Notes: generated from the letters alone by a model not told the origin. Numbered from the stretch's first letter, positions 32,149 through 41,862 are shown. The stretch: 64,000 bases of DNA from Candidatus Zhuqueibacterota bacterium (GCA_049322915.1 JBMOPW010000044.1:1-64000); one strand, 5' to 3'. A program made the numbers and translations.

Positions 32149-32450
32149 GTAACTATTCAGGCTTGCATTCTTGCCTCAAAGTCACCAAGTCACGAAGTTA
32201 CAAGAAGATGTCAAACTCATTTTCATTCCCGGGCCGACTCTAAAAAGACACCTTGAATAGCCCCGACTTTTAAGTCGGGGGACAGAAATTTACTGTTGAT
32301 TTTTGGGCTTCAGCCCCTTTTTAGAGGGGACTCATTCTCATACTGTGAAATTCAATTTTATTTTTTATACCAAATTCAGCTTTTCAGAATCGAATATTTT
32401 AGATATTTCTTTTTGTTTGTGCATTCGAGATTTTGTGGCTGAATAGTGAC
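32149..32450. mobile_element. Non-autonomous MITE-like element with nested repeats
   Basis: TIR GTAACTATTCAG / CTGAATAGTGAC (11/12); 8-bp-period arm CAAAGTCA-CCAAGTCA-CGAAGTTA; inner IR CTCTAAAAAG (32238-47)/CTTTTTAGAG (32317-26) enclosing CCCCGACTT-TT-AAGTCGGGG (32261-80) and GGGCTTCAGCCC (32305-16). Confidence 0.6.
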
Positions 32451-32597
32451 AACCACTGAAATCACCTGAAGGATGAAACGGTGTGCCAAGCTTAACTGAC
32501 TGATTTTTTTTAGAGCTGATGGCTGAAAGCTGACAGGCATTCGCTCAATTTATCAGGTAACAGAATAAATTATCAGTGAAAAATTCAGGGTGGCAAA

Positions 32598-33638
32598 ATG
32601 AAAAGACTAATTTCCAAATGCAGTTTCGTGCTGGTCGTGGCATTCCTCCTCACGGGCGCATGCAGCAGACGAATTCAGCAGGTAGTTTATCCGACCCTGG
32701 GCGATGGGCGCTATGACTCTGAGTTTCCTTATAAAAGCTGCTCCAAAGAATTGGAAGAAATCACCGCATCGGTCCGGAAATTATATTGCAGTATAAATTA
32801 CAAGACCTACATTTTCGATGAAAAAGACAGGATCACGATGTCCGATCTCAACGAGCGCACGCTGAAGAAGGCGATCGAGATTGTGTATTTTCAGAAATCG
32901 GTCGCCGGCACAGGCACAGTAATTTTTGTGGATAAGACCAGAATTGCGCTGCTGACGTGCGCGCATGTCGTCACCCATCCGGATACCCTGTACGCCTATG
33001 TCAAAGACGACAGTCTGCGTACGAAGAGAGTGCTCCAGAGCTGTTCCATCAAGCAGGATCAGGACAATTTTATCGTGGGGTTGCCGGAGGGCGGCGAACT
33101 CGATGTGCTCATCGCGGATGAGAAAATGGACATCGCCATTTTGAAGAAAGAATTTCAGTCCATGCCAAAGCTGGATATTCCTGCGCTGCGCTATCCATTC
33201 GGAAAAGCCAAAGACCTGGAATGGGGCAGTTTCGTGTATTTGATCGGATTCCCCAAAGGGTATAAAATCATCACCAAAGGGATCGTCAGCCACCCCAATC
33301 GCGACAAACACGGCTCGTTTCTCACCGATGCCATGTTCAATCAGGGTATGAGCGGCGGCATTTTACTGGCCATCCGGGACGGCGTGCCCAATTTCGAAGT
33401 GGTGGGCATCACCACCTCGGCCGCGGCTGAGTTCACGACAATGCTGGTGCCTGATCGTGGCTGGGAATACGACGAGGCTGTTCCTTATGAGGGCAAAATC
33501 TATGTCGATAATAAAAAAACCATCAGCTACGGTATCACCCGCGCGATCTCATCCGAAGCCATACTGGAACTGATCGACCAGAACAAAGAGTGGCTGCTGA
33601 AACAGGGCTTCGAGATAAATTTGCTGACCGGAAAATAG
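32598..33638 (+). CDS. Trypsin-like (S1) serine protease lipoprotein
   Basis: Lipobox LTGAC; triad LTCAHVV / DIAIL / GMSGG. Confidence 0.82.
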   Translation: MKRLISKCSFVLVVAFLLTGACSRRIQQVVYPTLGDGRYDSEFPYKSCSKELEEITASVRKLYCSINYKTYIFDEKDRITMSDLNERTLKKAIEIVYFQKSVAGTGTVIFVDKTRIALLTCAHVVTHPDTLYAYVKDDSLRTKRVLQSCSIKQDQDNFIVGLPEGGELDVLIADEKMDIAILKKEFQSMPKLDIPALRYPFGKAKDLEWGSFVYLIGFPKGYKIITKGIVSHPNRDKHGSFLTDAMFNQGMSGGILLAIRDGVPNFEVVGITTSAAAEFTTMLVPDRGWEYDEAVPYEGKIYVDNKKTISYGITRAISSEAILELIDQNKEWLLKQGFEINLLTGK

Positions 33639-33715
33639 CCCGCTCAACCGGTTCGAATCCGGCTGTGGCTAACCGGAGAATTTGCAGCAACCTGGCGTGT
33701 CTCATGAAAAAATAC

Positions 33716-33744
33716 TTGATTTAATTGTTTATTTTTTGGATATT
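33716..33744 (+). promoter_or_regulatory. Putative sigma70-type promoter
   Basis: TTGATT-17bp-GATATT upstream of the structured leader and M23 gene. Confidence 0.35.
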
Positions 33745-33763
33745 GCACATCGATACAATAACC

Positions 33764-33894
33764 GCGTCAGGATGGCATTGACCTGATTGTTGGCATCTGT
33801 TGAGCCACTTGATCGCGCTGGATATTTATCCAGCGCGGGGAATTGATTGGAACGTATGTTCCCGAACAGGTACATCGTTCGGCAAGTCTGGCGT
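33764..33894 (+). ncRNA. Candidate structured leader RNA (unassigned)
   Basis: Several complementary segments, including a perfect 10-bp stem CGCGCTGGAT/ATCCAGCGCG; see findings. Confidence 0.35.
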
Positions 33895-33977
33895 GCTATA
33901 AATGACTGAACAGTTGCAATTCTTGAAATCCATTCGAATTATTTTTAATAGGACAATCTCTAACCCCGGGAACTCAA

Positions 33978-34658
33978 TTGAAAGCTTTTTTTACAATTTT
34001 TCTCGTCTGTCTTCTCGTCTACTTTTTCTTCATCGGTTTCAAATCCATTGGAACGCCCGTGGCCCACGACTGGAAATTACCACTGGATACGGCAGATCGA
34101 CAGGATTGGGCGTCGGTGTTTTTTGAGCATGACGCGCTGTTCAAGACAAAACGCTCGGCGTTTACCAATGTCAAATTGCATTATCACACCGGCGTGGATA
34201 TCCAGGCCAATGGTAGCGCCGGAAAATTGGATTCGCCGGGCATGCCCATCTTTGCAGTGGCTGCCGGCAAGGTGGTCGCCGTAGAAGATGAGCTGCCACA
34301 GCGGCGCATCACCATCGAGCATAAACTCCCGGACGGAACTGTTGTTTGGAGCGTCTACTGCCATATCGCCGGGGAGTGCGTTGTCCCACATGAGGTTGTG
34401 GATAGCGAGACCATCATTGCGCGTCGGATGAACGGGCGCGAGCTGGACCAGTACGGCTGGGAATACAATCACGTACACCTGGAAATTCTAAAAAAAATGC
34501 CGGATTTCCTCGATGCGTTTTATCAACGGAAGACGTTTACATGCTATTCGGAAGAAGACGTCAATGAATATTTCTATGACCCAATTAAATTTTTGAACAG
34601 GCAATTCGTGAACAGAGACAGAGCACAAAATACGCCAGGATATTCCACCGACAATTGA
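33978..34658 (+). CDS. M23 family metallopeptidase
   Basis: HTGVD (HxxxD), YCHI, HVHLE (HxH); N-terminal hydrophobic segment; TTG start. Confidence 0.82.
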   Translation: MKAFFTIFLVCLLVYFFFIGFKSIGTPVAHDWKLPLDTADRQDWASVFFEHDALFKTKRSAFTNVKLHYHTGVDIQANGSAGKLDSPGMPIFAVAAGKVVAVEDELPQRRITIEHKLPDGTVVWSVYCHIAGECVVPHEVVDSETIIARRMNGRELDQYGWEYNHVHLEILKKMPDFLDAFYQRKTFTCYSEEDVNEYFYDPIKFLNRQFVNRDRAQNTPGYSTDN

Positions 34659-34676
34659 TCTTAACCAGGAGTACTT

Positions 34677-37600
34677 ATGAAGCAGAGACTGAGCATTGCG
34701 TTTTTACTGATGAGCGTCATGTGGTTGGTTTTGGGGCTGGATTCGGCCAATAGCAAAAAGCTGCCGGGACAGGCCACTCGTATTCAGACACAAAAAGAGC
34801 GCCCTGTATTTGCGCCCGGTGAAATTCGGGTGAAATTCAGGCAGGCATTCAGCCACGTCACCATGGAGTCCGCTGCGCCGGCGTCCGGCATTTTTTCCCT
34901 GGACGCCAAATTGATGGATTACGGTGTCACATCGATGACAAAAGCGTTTTATCCCAAATCTTCAGGGCAAAATACGCACGCCCTGTCCAAAGTGTACACG
35001 TTCCATTTTGATAAAACAAAGGATCCGCTCGAGGTTGCACGCGCGTTTGCAGCCGAGCCGGCCGTGGAATATGCGGAGCCGATTCCCTGCCATTATCTCG
35101 ATGAAATTCCAGACGATCCGCTCTATGGTCAACAGGAGCACTTGCCGCAAATTTACATGCCGCAGGCATGGGAATTTGTCAAAGGCGACAGCAATGTCAT
35201 CATTGCCGTGATTGACGGCGGCACGGATTGGGAGCATCCGGATTTGATCGAAAATATCTGGATCAATGAGGACGAGCACGAAGGCGATGCCAACGGCGAC
35301 GGCTATCCCGGCCTGGCCGGCGTGGACGATGATGGCGATGGCGGGATCGATTTGAACGATGTGAATGTCATGGTCTCGGACTATGACAACGACGATGTCG
35401 CGCTCTGGGGACCGAACGAAATTCTGGAATCCACACCAGGCGCGCCGGGCGGCGACGATGATTTCGATGACATCGCGCTGGCCGCCCTCGACGACGATGA
35501 AAATGGCTTTCCGGATGATATCCGCGGCTGGGATTTTGGCGAATGGGACAATAATCCCACCAATCAACCGACTGATCTGGATGCCTATTTTCATGGCACT
35601 GTCACTTCGGGATTGGCTTCCGCCAGAACCAATAATAAAAGTCATGTCGCCGGCGTTGCCTGGAATTGTAAAATTATGGCAATCAAGTGCGGCAAGGATG
35701 CGAAAGAATATGAGCGAGGAATTTTCAATTCCATCGAAGCCATCAAGTATGCGGTGGACAATGGCGCTGATATTCTCAATCTCAGCTTTGGCGGATTCTA
35801 TCCACCTTCGGAATATGAACGAACGGAGGGCGTTGAGTATGCTTATTCACGAGGCGCGCTGGTCGTTGCCTCTGCCGGGAATGAATTGGTTTCCTATCCC
35901 CATTATCCGTCCGGCTATCCCCATGTGCTGGCCGTGACATGGGTGTACTCCAATGATCAATTAACGATTTACACAGCCTACGGCAATTCGGTGGATGTGG
36001 CGGCGCCCGGGGTGATGCTGTTGAGTCTGTTGCCGGACAATGGCACCATTCGCATGAGCGGCAGTTCCTCGGCAACGCCGGTCGTGTCCGGCCTGGCTGG
36101 CTTGATCAAATCGCAGCACCCGGAATGGGGCCCCATGGAACTGATGCGGCAGATCGTTTTGACCGCGGACAATATCGATGCAATGAATCCGGGCTATGAA
36201 GGCCAGCTTGGCAGTGGGCGCGTGAACGGCTATCGCGCTGTCACTGAAAGCGATCCCGCGGAAGTCGAGCCCAAAATCCGACTGAATGGGAATATCGTTT
36301 TTTCAGATTCATTGGGCGGAGATAACGATGATATTTTCGAACGTGGAGAGGATGTCGTTGTGACAATTCCGCCGTACCGAAATTACAGCGTGAGTCCGGC
36401 GGAAAATCTGGAATTTATTATGACGTCGAACGACACCGATATTACCATCACCAATGGCAGCTACACGTTCGGTTACATGCCGCCCGATACCACCATTTCT
36501 ATCCCGGGAAATTTTTCTTTCATGGTGAATGCGAATGCCCGCGGTAAAACGTCTGAAATTTACATTGGCTGGCAGGCGGATGGCGGCGCTGGTTATCAGG
36601 ACACATTTCGTGTGATCATTGGAAAAATCCCGGTGTTGATCGTCGATGATGACCGCGGCGATTATGCTGCTGAAACCATGTACACCACAATCCTGGACGA
36701 TCTGAATATGAATTATGCCGTCTGGGACCGATTGAACAATGGCCCGCTGGGGCCGGACCAGCTTGCCAATTTCCCCATTGTGATCTGGTTGTGCGAGTGG
36801 GCCTTCCCTGCGTTGGACCCGGATGATCAGGTGGCGATCTCGAATTTCCTCGATAATGGCGGCAGCCTCTTCATCAGCGGACAGGATCTCGGCTGGGATT
36901 TCAATGACCCCAGTGGCTACGGCTATGCACAACGAGATTTTTATAAAAAATATCTGCACGCGATCTATCACGCAGACGTCAGTCCTGTGACCGACGTGCT
37001 GGGCATTGCCGGCGATCCCATCGGCGATGGGTTGCGATTCAATGTGTATCAGCCGGGTCTTCCCATCGATAATCAATATCCCGATGAAATCGAGCCGGAC
37101 TCCGGCGCGACTTCTGTATTTGAATATGCGGGAGGCAGTCACCACAAATTTGGCGTCAAATACGATGGCGACCACAAAGTGGTGTATCTGGCCATGGGGC
37201 TAGAGGCCATTGACGCCAGGGAATTCACTCTTCCCGATGAGTATTCTCCAACGCGAACTGACGTCATGAAGCGAACGATCGATTGGTTGAATTTCATCGA
37301 TTTTGAACCGCCGACGGATAAAGAAGATTTGAACCAGCCGGTGACGATCGCAGCGAGCATTCCCCAACGGGTGACCGAGGATTTGATTGCACTGGAACTG
37401 CACTGGAAGAAAGATCAGGATGCGCAGTTCACGACCGTTGCAATGACGCCACAGGGGGGCAAAATTTACAGCGCAGAAATACCCGGCCCGGGGAGTATTT
37501 CTACAATCAATTATTATTTCAAACTGGTCAACAGCTATTACGCTTGGCAGAGTCCACCACCGTACGAAACAGAAACCTATAGCTACTATGTCGGGCCGGA

Positions 37601-38687
37601 TCCGAATCCCCCGATGTTCAGCCATGTCGCGTTGCCTTCGACGATCAACGGGCAGAAATCGCGCTCCGTCATGGTCGCTGTGTCAGATAATTCCGGTCTG
37701 GACACGGCCAGCGTGTTCGTTCACTATTGGACAAAATCGGTGTCCGACAGTGTGAAACTGTCCGCCGGAGAAAGCATCGGACAATTCCTGGGGGATCTGC
37801 CGAAATTCAGCTACGGCGATACGGTGTACTACTATTTCACCGCCTCTGATTTATCTCAGTTGAAAAACAAAGGCCAATCGGAAACCTACTCGTTCAATCT
37901 CGGTTTTGAAGATTTCGAGTACGGACTCGATAGCTGGGCGAGCGACGCGTCTGGCTGGGGACTGGCAGACCTGTATTCCCACTCCGGCGATTATTCAATT
38001 AATAACAGTCCCGGTAAGAATCCCTATCCCAACAATCTGAATGTCGCCATTACAACCGCGTTCGATATTGATCTATCCCACACCGATAACGCCGTGTTAA
38101 AATTCTGGACAAAGGTCTATCTCGAATTCAATCACGATTACGGCTATGTTGAGGTGAGCGCGGACGGAGGCGCGACGTGGGCTCGTTTGGGCAGTGCGTT
38201 CAATGGCTTCGTCACGGACTGGAAGCAGCAGACACTCTCGCTCAGTGATTACTGCGGCGCGGGATTTGATGATGTCCGCATCCGGTTTCGCATGGTTTCA
38301 GACGCCACCCAGGTGCCGCCGCTGCCGGGCTGGTTCATCGATGATGTGCAGATAATTGAGGGAGTGAGTATTCCGGCTGAAGTCGAACAGGTTGCCGGCG
38401 TCCTTCCTGAACAGTTTGTTTTGCATCAGAATTATCCCAATCCGTTCAACCCGACGACAACCATTCGGTTCGATGTGCCGATGACGACCAGCGTCAATGT
38501 TTCCATCTTCAATGTGCGCGGCGAACTCATTCGCACCCTGGTGGCAGAAACCAAACCCGCTGGCGCTTACACGATTCAGTGGAACGGACGCGATAATCAA
38601 GGCCGGATGGTCACTTCCGGATTGTACTTCTACAAACTGACCGGCCCTGACTTCAGCACGACCAGAAAATTGCTATTGCTGAAGTGA
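34677..38687 (+). CDS. Secreted S8 subtilase with accessory domains and a T9SS-type/FlgD-Ig C-terminal sorting domain
   Basis: AVIDGG, HGT, SAGN, SGSSSATP; C-terminal LHQNYPNPFNPTTTIRF...SGLYFYKL...TRKLLLLK; RBS AGGAG. Confidence 0.9.
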   Translation: MKQRLSIAFLLMSVMWLVLGLDSANSKKLPGQATRIQTQKERPVFAPGEIRVKFRQAFSHVTMESAAPASGIFSLDAKLMDYGVTSMTKAFYPKSSGQNTHALSKVYTFHFDKTKDPLEVARAFAAEPAVEYAEPIPCHYLDEIPDDPLYGQQEHLPQIYMPQAWEFVKGDSNVIIAVIDGGTDWEHPDLIENIWINEDEHEGDANGDGYPGLAGVDDDGDGGIDLNDVNVMVSDYDNDDVALWGPNEILESTPGAPGGDDDFDDIALAALDDDENGFPDDIRGWDFGEWDNNPTNQPTDLDAYFHGTVTSGLASARTNNKSHVAGVAWNCKIMAIKCGKDAKEYERGIFNSIEAIKYAVDNGADILNLSFGGFYPPSEYERTEGVEYAYSRGALVVASAGNELVSYPHYPSGYPHVLAVTWVYSNDQLTIYTAYGNSVDVAAPGVMLLSLLPDNGTIRMSGSSSATPVVSGLAGLIKSQHPEWGPMELMRQIVLTADNIDAMNPGYEGQLGSGRVNGYRAVTESDPAEVEPKIRLNGNIVFSDSLGGDNDDIFERGEDVVVTIPPYRNYSVSPAENLEFIMTSNDTDITITNGSYTFGYMPPDTTISIPGNFSFMVNANARGKTSEIYIGWQADGGAGYQDTFRVIIGKIPVLIVDDDRGDYAAETMYTTILDDLNMNYAVWDRLNNGPLGPDQLANFPIVIWLCEWAFPALDPDDQVAISNFLDNGGSLFISGQDLGWDFNDPSGYGYAQRDFYKKYLHAIYHADVSPVTDVLGIAGDPIGDGLRFNVYQPGLPIDNQYPDEIEPDSGATSVFEYAGGSHHKFGVKYDGDHKVVYLAMGLEAIDAREFTLPDEYSPTRTDVMKRTIDWLNFIDFEPPTDKEDLNQPVTIAASIPQRVTEDLIALELHWKKDQDAQFTTVAMTPQGGKIYSAEIPGPGSISTINYYFKLVNSYYAWQSPPPYETETYSYYVGPDPNPPMFSHVALPSTINGQKSRSVMVAVSDNSGLDTASVFVHYWTKSVSDSVKLSAGESIGQFLGDLPKFSYGDTVYYYFTASDLSQLKNKGQSETYSFNLGFEDFEYGLDSWASDASGWGLADLYSHSGDYSINNSPGKNPYPNNLNVAITTAFDIDLSHTDNAVLKFWTKVYLEFNHDYGYVEVSADGGATWARLGSAFNGFVTDWKQQTLSLSDYCGAGFDDVRIRFRMVSDATQVPPLPGWFIDDVQIIEGVSIPAEVEQVAGVLPEQFVLHQNYPNPFNPTTTIRFDVPMTTSVNVSIFNVRGELIRTLVAETKPAGAYTIQWNGRDNQGRMVTSGLYFYKLTGPDFSTTRKLLLLK

Positions 38688-38927
38688 TCGCCAAAAAGTT
38701 TGGCGTTCAGCTTCCGACCGAAGCGATGCACTGTCTCGCGGTGGGGAAGTGATTCTGGCTATTAACCAGGAGCAGGGAGAGAGGTGGCATGACATCACGC
38801 GATTGGAGTTGTCGGTGGTAGTACAATTTCCAGTGCGAGATGGGAGTCTCTGGAAAGAATGGGCGCTATTGGAAATCCAGTGAATCAGGGAAGATGAACG
38901 GCTGTTGCGACAGGATGTGTAGAAATG

Positions 38928-38964
38928 AAAAAGCCCTCGAGTGTATTCGAGGGCTTTCTTTTTT
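38928..38964. terminator. Bidirectional intrinsic terminator
   Basis: AAAGCCCTCGA-GTGTAT-TCGAGGGCTTT with A- and T-tracts between convergent genes. Confidence 0.85.
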
Positions 38965-38978
38965 CAGTGATCAAAAAT

Positions 38979-39773
38979 CTATTTTTTCTCCCATTCGGCG
39001 AGGAGAGCTTTCGCTTCATTTTTTGTGTCCGCGTCTTCAGCGATTCCCTCGGCGGTTTCGGTCGCTGCCAGAATTTCTTTCATCAGGCTGATGGCCCGAG
39101 CCGACTTATTTTGGGAATACAGCGCTTCGGCCAGGAATTGTTTCGTGATCAGATTTTGCGGCGCCAGGGTATGGGCTTTTTCCAGTATTTGTACAGCCGT
39201 CTCTTTGGATGGCCAGCGCAGGATGGGCCATATCTTCGGCGCTTTGAAATAAACGCGACCCAGCACGCGATAAGCGCCGGCTTCGTCAAAGGTGGAATCG
39301 ACCGCTGCTGCACTCTCGCAGTAGAGTTTAATTTTGCCAGCCACGCCATTTTTAGCAGCCTGCATAATTCCGTATTCTTCGCCCCAAACGCCCCAGACGA
39401 TGGCCAGGAACAGGTTGATGCCAGCGGATTCCGGGAATTCGATCAGAGCCTGGGTTCCTAAATCCTTGCCTAAATCATAAATCTTCTTTCTCAGCTCGGA
39501 ATCTTTGGTGGTGTATTGACCTTTGAAATAGTAGGCGCGAATCAGCTTCCAGGTCGCCTCTTCTTTCTGAGCGCCAGTCGCTGCGGAGAGATATTTTTTG
39601 TACATTGAAATTGCTTTGTTGATGTTCGTGCTATCCGCCAACAGCGTTGTAGTATTGAAGTTATCGCCGCGTTGTTCCCAGAAGCCGTCGGCTTCCTGCA
39701 TCAAATCCTGAGCGATCGCATTTAAGGAAAAAGCAAAAAAGACGATACACGTTAATAGGACAGCTTTTCTCAT
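38979..39773 (-). CDS. Secreted all-alpha/TPR-like hypothetical protein
   Basis: Signal peptide MRKAVLLTCIVFFAFSLNAIA; helical repeats (WKLIRAYYFKG, GAYRVLGRVYFKAP, FLAEALY); RBS GAGGGAGG, ATG at 39773. Confidence 0.72.
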   Translation of the reverse strand: MRKAVLLTCIVFFAFSLNAIAQDLMQEADGFWEQRGDNFNTTTLLADSTNINKAISMYKKYLSAATGAQKEEATWKLIRAYYFKGQYTTKDSELRKKIYDLGKDLGTQALIEFPESAGINLFLAIVWGVWGEEYGIMQAAKNGVAGKIKLYCESAAAVDSTFDEAGAYRVLGRVYFKAPKIWPILRWPSKETAVQILEKAHTLAPQNLITKQFLAEALYSQNKSARAISLMKEILAATETAEGIAEDADTKNEAKALLAEWEKK

Positions 39774-39859
39774 TGGCAAACCTCCCTCAAATTTGGATGG
39801 AAGTACTTTGAATTAAACGAACACAATGATTTTATTGAAATTTCGAATTATGTGAACCC

Positions 39860-39888
39860 AATTTAGTAAATCAATTTTATAGATGCAA
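39860..39888 (-). promoter_or_regulatory. Putative sigma70-type promoter for the TPR-like gene
   Basis: TTGCAT-17bp-TAAATT on the - strand. Confidence 0.45.
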
Positions 39889-40089
39889 CAATTTTTTTTG
39901 GTTCAAATTTCCGGGCGTTTTCTTCACTGAAAAAAGTTAAAAAAAGGCTGCATTATTCATAAAGAATTTATTTGAATCGCCGATATTAAAAAATAGACAT
40001 TATTCCTTGAGATATTATGAGCGGATATGGAACGAACGGATGGCGAAATAGTCTGTGCACATCCTTGAAATTGTTAGATGAGGTGGAAA

Positions 40090-40614
40090 ATGGATAAAAT
40101 AAGTATCGTGAAACGACGTCAGGAACAGAATTCGCAAACTGAGCATTCGGCATCAAAGCGCACTCACAATCCAGGCGAAAAAGCGTCAGAGACGCTTGCC
40201 ACAGCATATGAATTCGAAGATAGCGCAATGGAGAAAAAATCGGAAGTGGAAATTAGAGAGGGAGTGGAAAGGGACAGTAGTCGCATCGACATAGCGTTGA
40301 ATATTGATAGCTTGCCGGAATTGAACACGCTTTTACATCTGAGTGAAATAATGCAGAATGGGGAGGAAGAGGCTGTCGTGAAGGTGAACCGCGACGACAA
40401 TAATAAAGTCATTTTCCAGTTCAATATAAAACAGCACATACCTTTTAAAACGCTGACATCGGAAGATGTATGCGATTTGCTGAAAATCAGTCGCGCCACG
40501 TTGTACAAAAATGTCCATGAAAGAACGATCCAGTGTTTCCGCATCGGAAATCAGATTCGATTTTTGGAATCCGATGTGCTGGATTATGTAAAAAAGTGTA
40601 TGGTGAAAGAATGA
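40090..40614 (+). CDS. Protein with C-terminal excisionase/MerR-like HTH_17 DNA-binding domain
   Basis: LTSEDVCDLLKISRATLYKNVHERTIQCFRIGNQIRFLESDV; start ATG 40090 after GAGGTGG. Confidence 0.82.
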   Translation: MDKISIVKRRQEQNSQTEHSASKRTHNPGEKASETLATAYEFEDSAMEKKSEVEIREGVERDSSRIDIALNIDSLPELNTLLHLSEIMQNGEEEAVVKVNRDDNNKVIFQFNIKQHIPFKTLTSEDVCDLLKISRATLYKNVHERTIQCFRIGNQIRFLESDVLDYVKKCMVKE

Positions 40615-40640
40615 TCGCTTTGAGATTGGAGGAATAGATT

Positions 40641-41771
40641 ATGTATTTGAATTACTGGGGCTTAACAAAGCATGCATTTAACAATGTGCCAGACCCCACC
40701 ATGTATTTTGACATGCATGCAACTGTTGAAAACGCTGTCGCAGAGCTTTTATTCGCAATCGAAGAAGCGGATGAATGTCTGGCAGTTGTGGTCGGAGATG
40801 TCGGATTGGGTAAAACCATGAGCCTTCGCGTGACATTGGATTCGCTGGACCAATCCAAATATCGCATCGCCTTTGTGACCAACCCTGATTTAACATTTCC
40901 ACAGTTACTGCGGGAAATCATTGGCCAATTGAAAAATCAGCCCTGCATGATTAAGAATAAAGATGAACTGCTGGAAGAGTTCAACAAGATATTATTCACC
41001 ACAGCGGATGAGGGGAAACGAGTGCTCATTTTCATCGATGAAGGAAATGTTATCCGTCGGATGAATTTGCAGAGTCTGCGTCTCCTCACCAATATGCAGG
41101 AAGACGATCGCAATTTATTCACCATGGTGCTGGCGGGACAGCCGGAATTAGGTAAAAATCTGGAACACCCCAGCAATGCCAATTTGTATCAGCGAATCGG
41201 GGTGTACTGCCGGCTGAACAAAATGGAATCGCGCGACGTCGTTAAATCATATGTCGAACACCGAATGGAATGCGCCGGTGTGAAACGCCAGATTTTCACC
41301 GAAGATGCCTATACCCGGATTTATGAATATTCGGAGAAAGGCATCCCTCGCCTGGTGAATCGAATCTGCAAGCTGGCGCTGAAAGCGGGCGAGACAAACA
41401 AGATGCAGGAAATCAGCGGGGAAGTCATTGTGCAGATTGGCGAGCGTTTTGCGCGGACAGAGCCTCTCAAACATAAAGATGATTCCGAGCCGAAAGAGGG
41501 CGAACCGGCCATGGAAGTGAAGCATCCCCGACCGAAGAAGAAAAGCGCTCCTGCCGCTGATGCAGAAGAAAACATCACGGTTGTTGAGGATGTTAAACCA
41601 GAGGCCGTTCTGCCGGAGGCTGATGCTGAGCCGGAAGGGATGAAGCCAAAAAATATTTTAAGCCAGGTGAAAAGCGACCTCGGCCGAGAAGCAACGCCCA
41701 TGAAAGAATTGTTAGACCGTCTGAAGGACAGAAATCGGCATATTGGCCGATCAAATCCTTTCTTTAAATAA
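40641..41771 (+). CDS. ExeA/GspA-like AAA+ ATPase with low-complexity C-terminal tail
   Basis: MYLNYWGLTKHAFNNVPDP N-terminus, Walker A GDVGLGKT, Walker B LIFIDEG, LAGQPEL, GIPRLVNRIC; RBS GGAGG. Confidence 0.87.
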   Translation: MYLNYWGLTKHAFNNVPDPTMYFDMHATVENAVAELLFAIEEADECLAVVVGDVGLGKTMSLRVTLDSLDQSKYRIAFVTNPDLTFPQLLREIIGQLKNQPCMIKNKDELLEEFNKILFTTADEGKRVLIFIDEGNVIRRMNLQSLRLLTNMQEDDRNLFTMVLAGQPELGKNLEHPSNANLYQRIGVYCRLNKMESRDVVKSYVEHRMECAGVKRQIFTEDAYTRIYEYSEKGIPRLVNRICKLALKAGETNKMQEISGEVIVQIGERFARTEPLKHKDDSEPKEGEPAMEVKHPRPKKKSAPAADAEENITVVEDVKPEAVLPEADAEPEGMKPKNILSQVKSDLGREATPMKELLDRLKDRNRHIGRSNPFFK

Positions 41772-41802
41772 ACTCACATACCATCCTCCTATTGGTTAGA
41801 GC

Positions 41803-41841
41803 AAAACGGGTGATCCGATTTTTTGGATCATCCGTTTTTTT
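41803..41841 (+). terminator. Intrinsic terminator after the ExeA-like gene
   Basis: AAAACGGGTGATCC...GGATCATCCGTTTTTTT. Confidence 0.8.
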
Positions 41842-41862
41842 ATGCGTGCCCCGAAAAAAATA

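Noticed and set aside
33648..33663. CCGGTTCGAATCCGG resembling a tRNA T-arm
   Set aside because: No D-arm, anticodon arm or acceptor stem can be built, and the upstream part would overlap the protease CDS.
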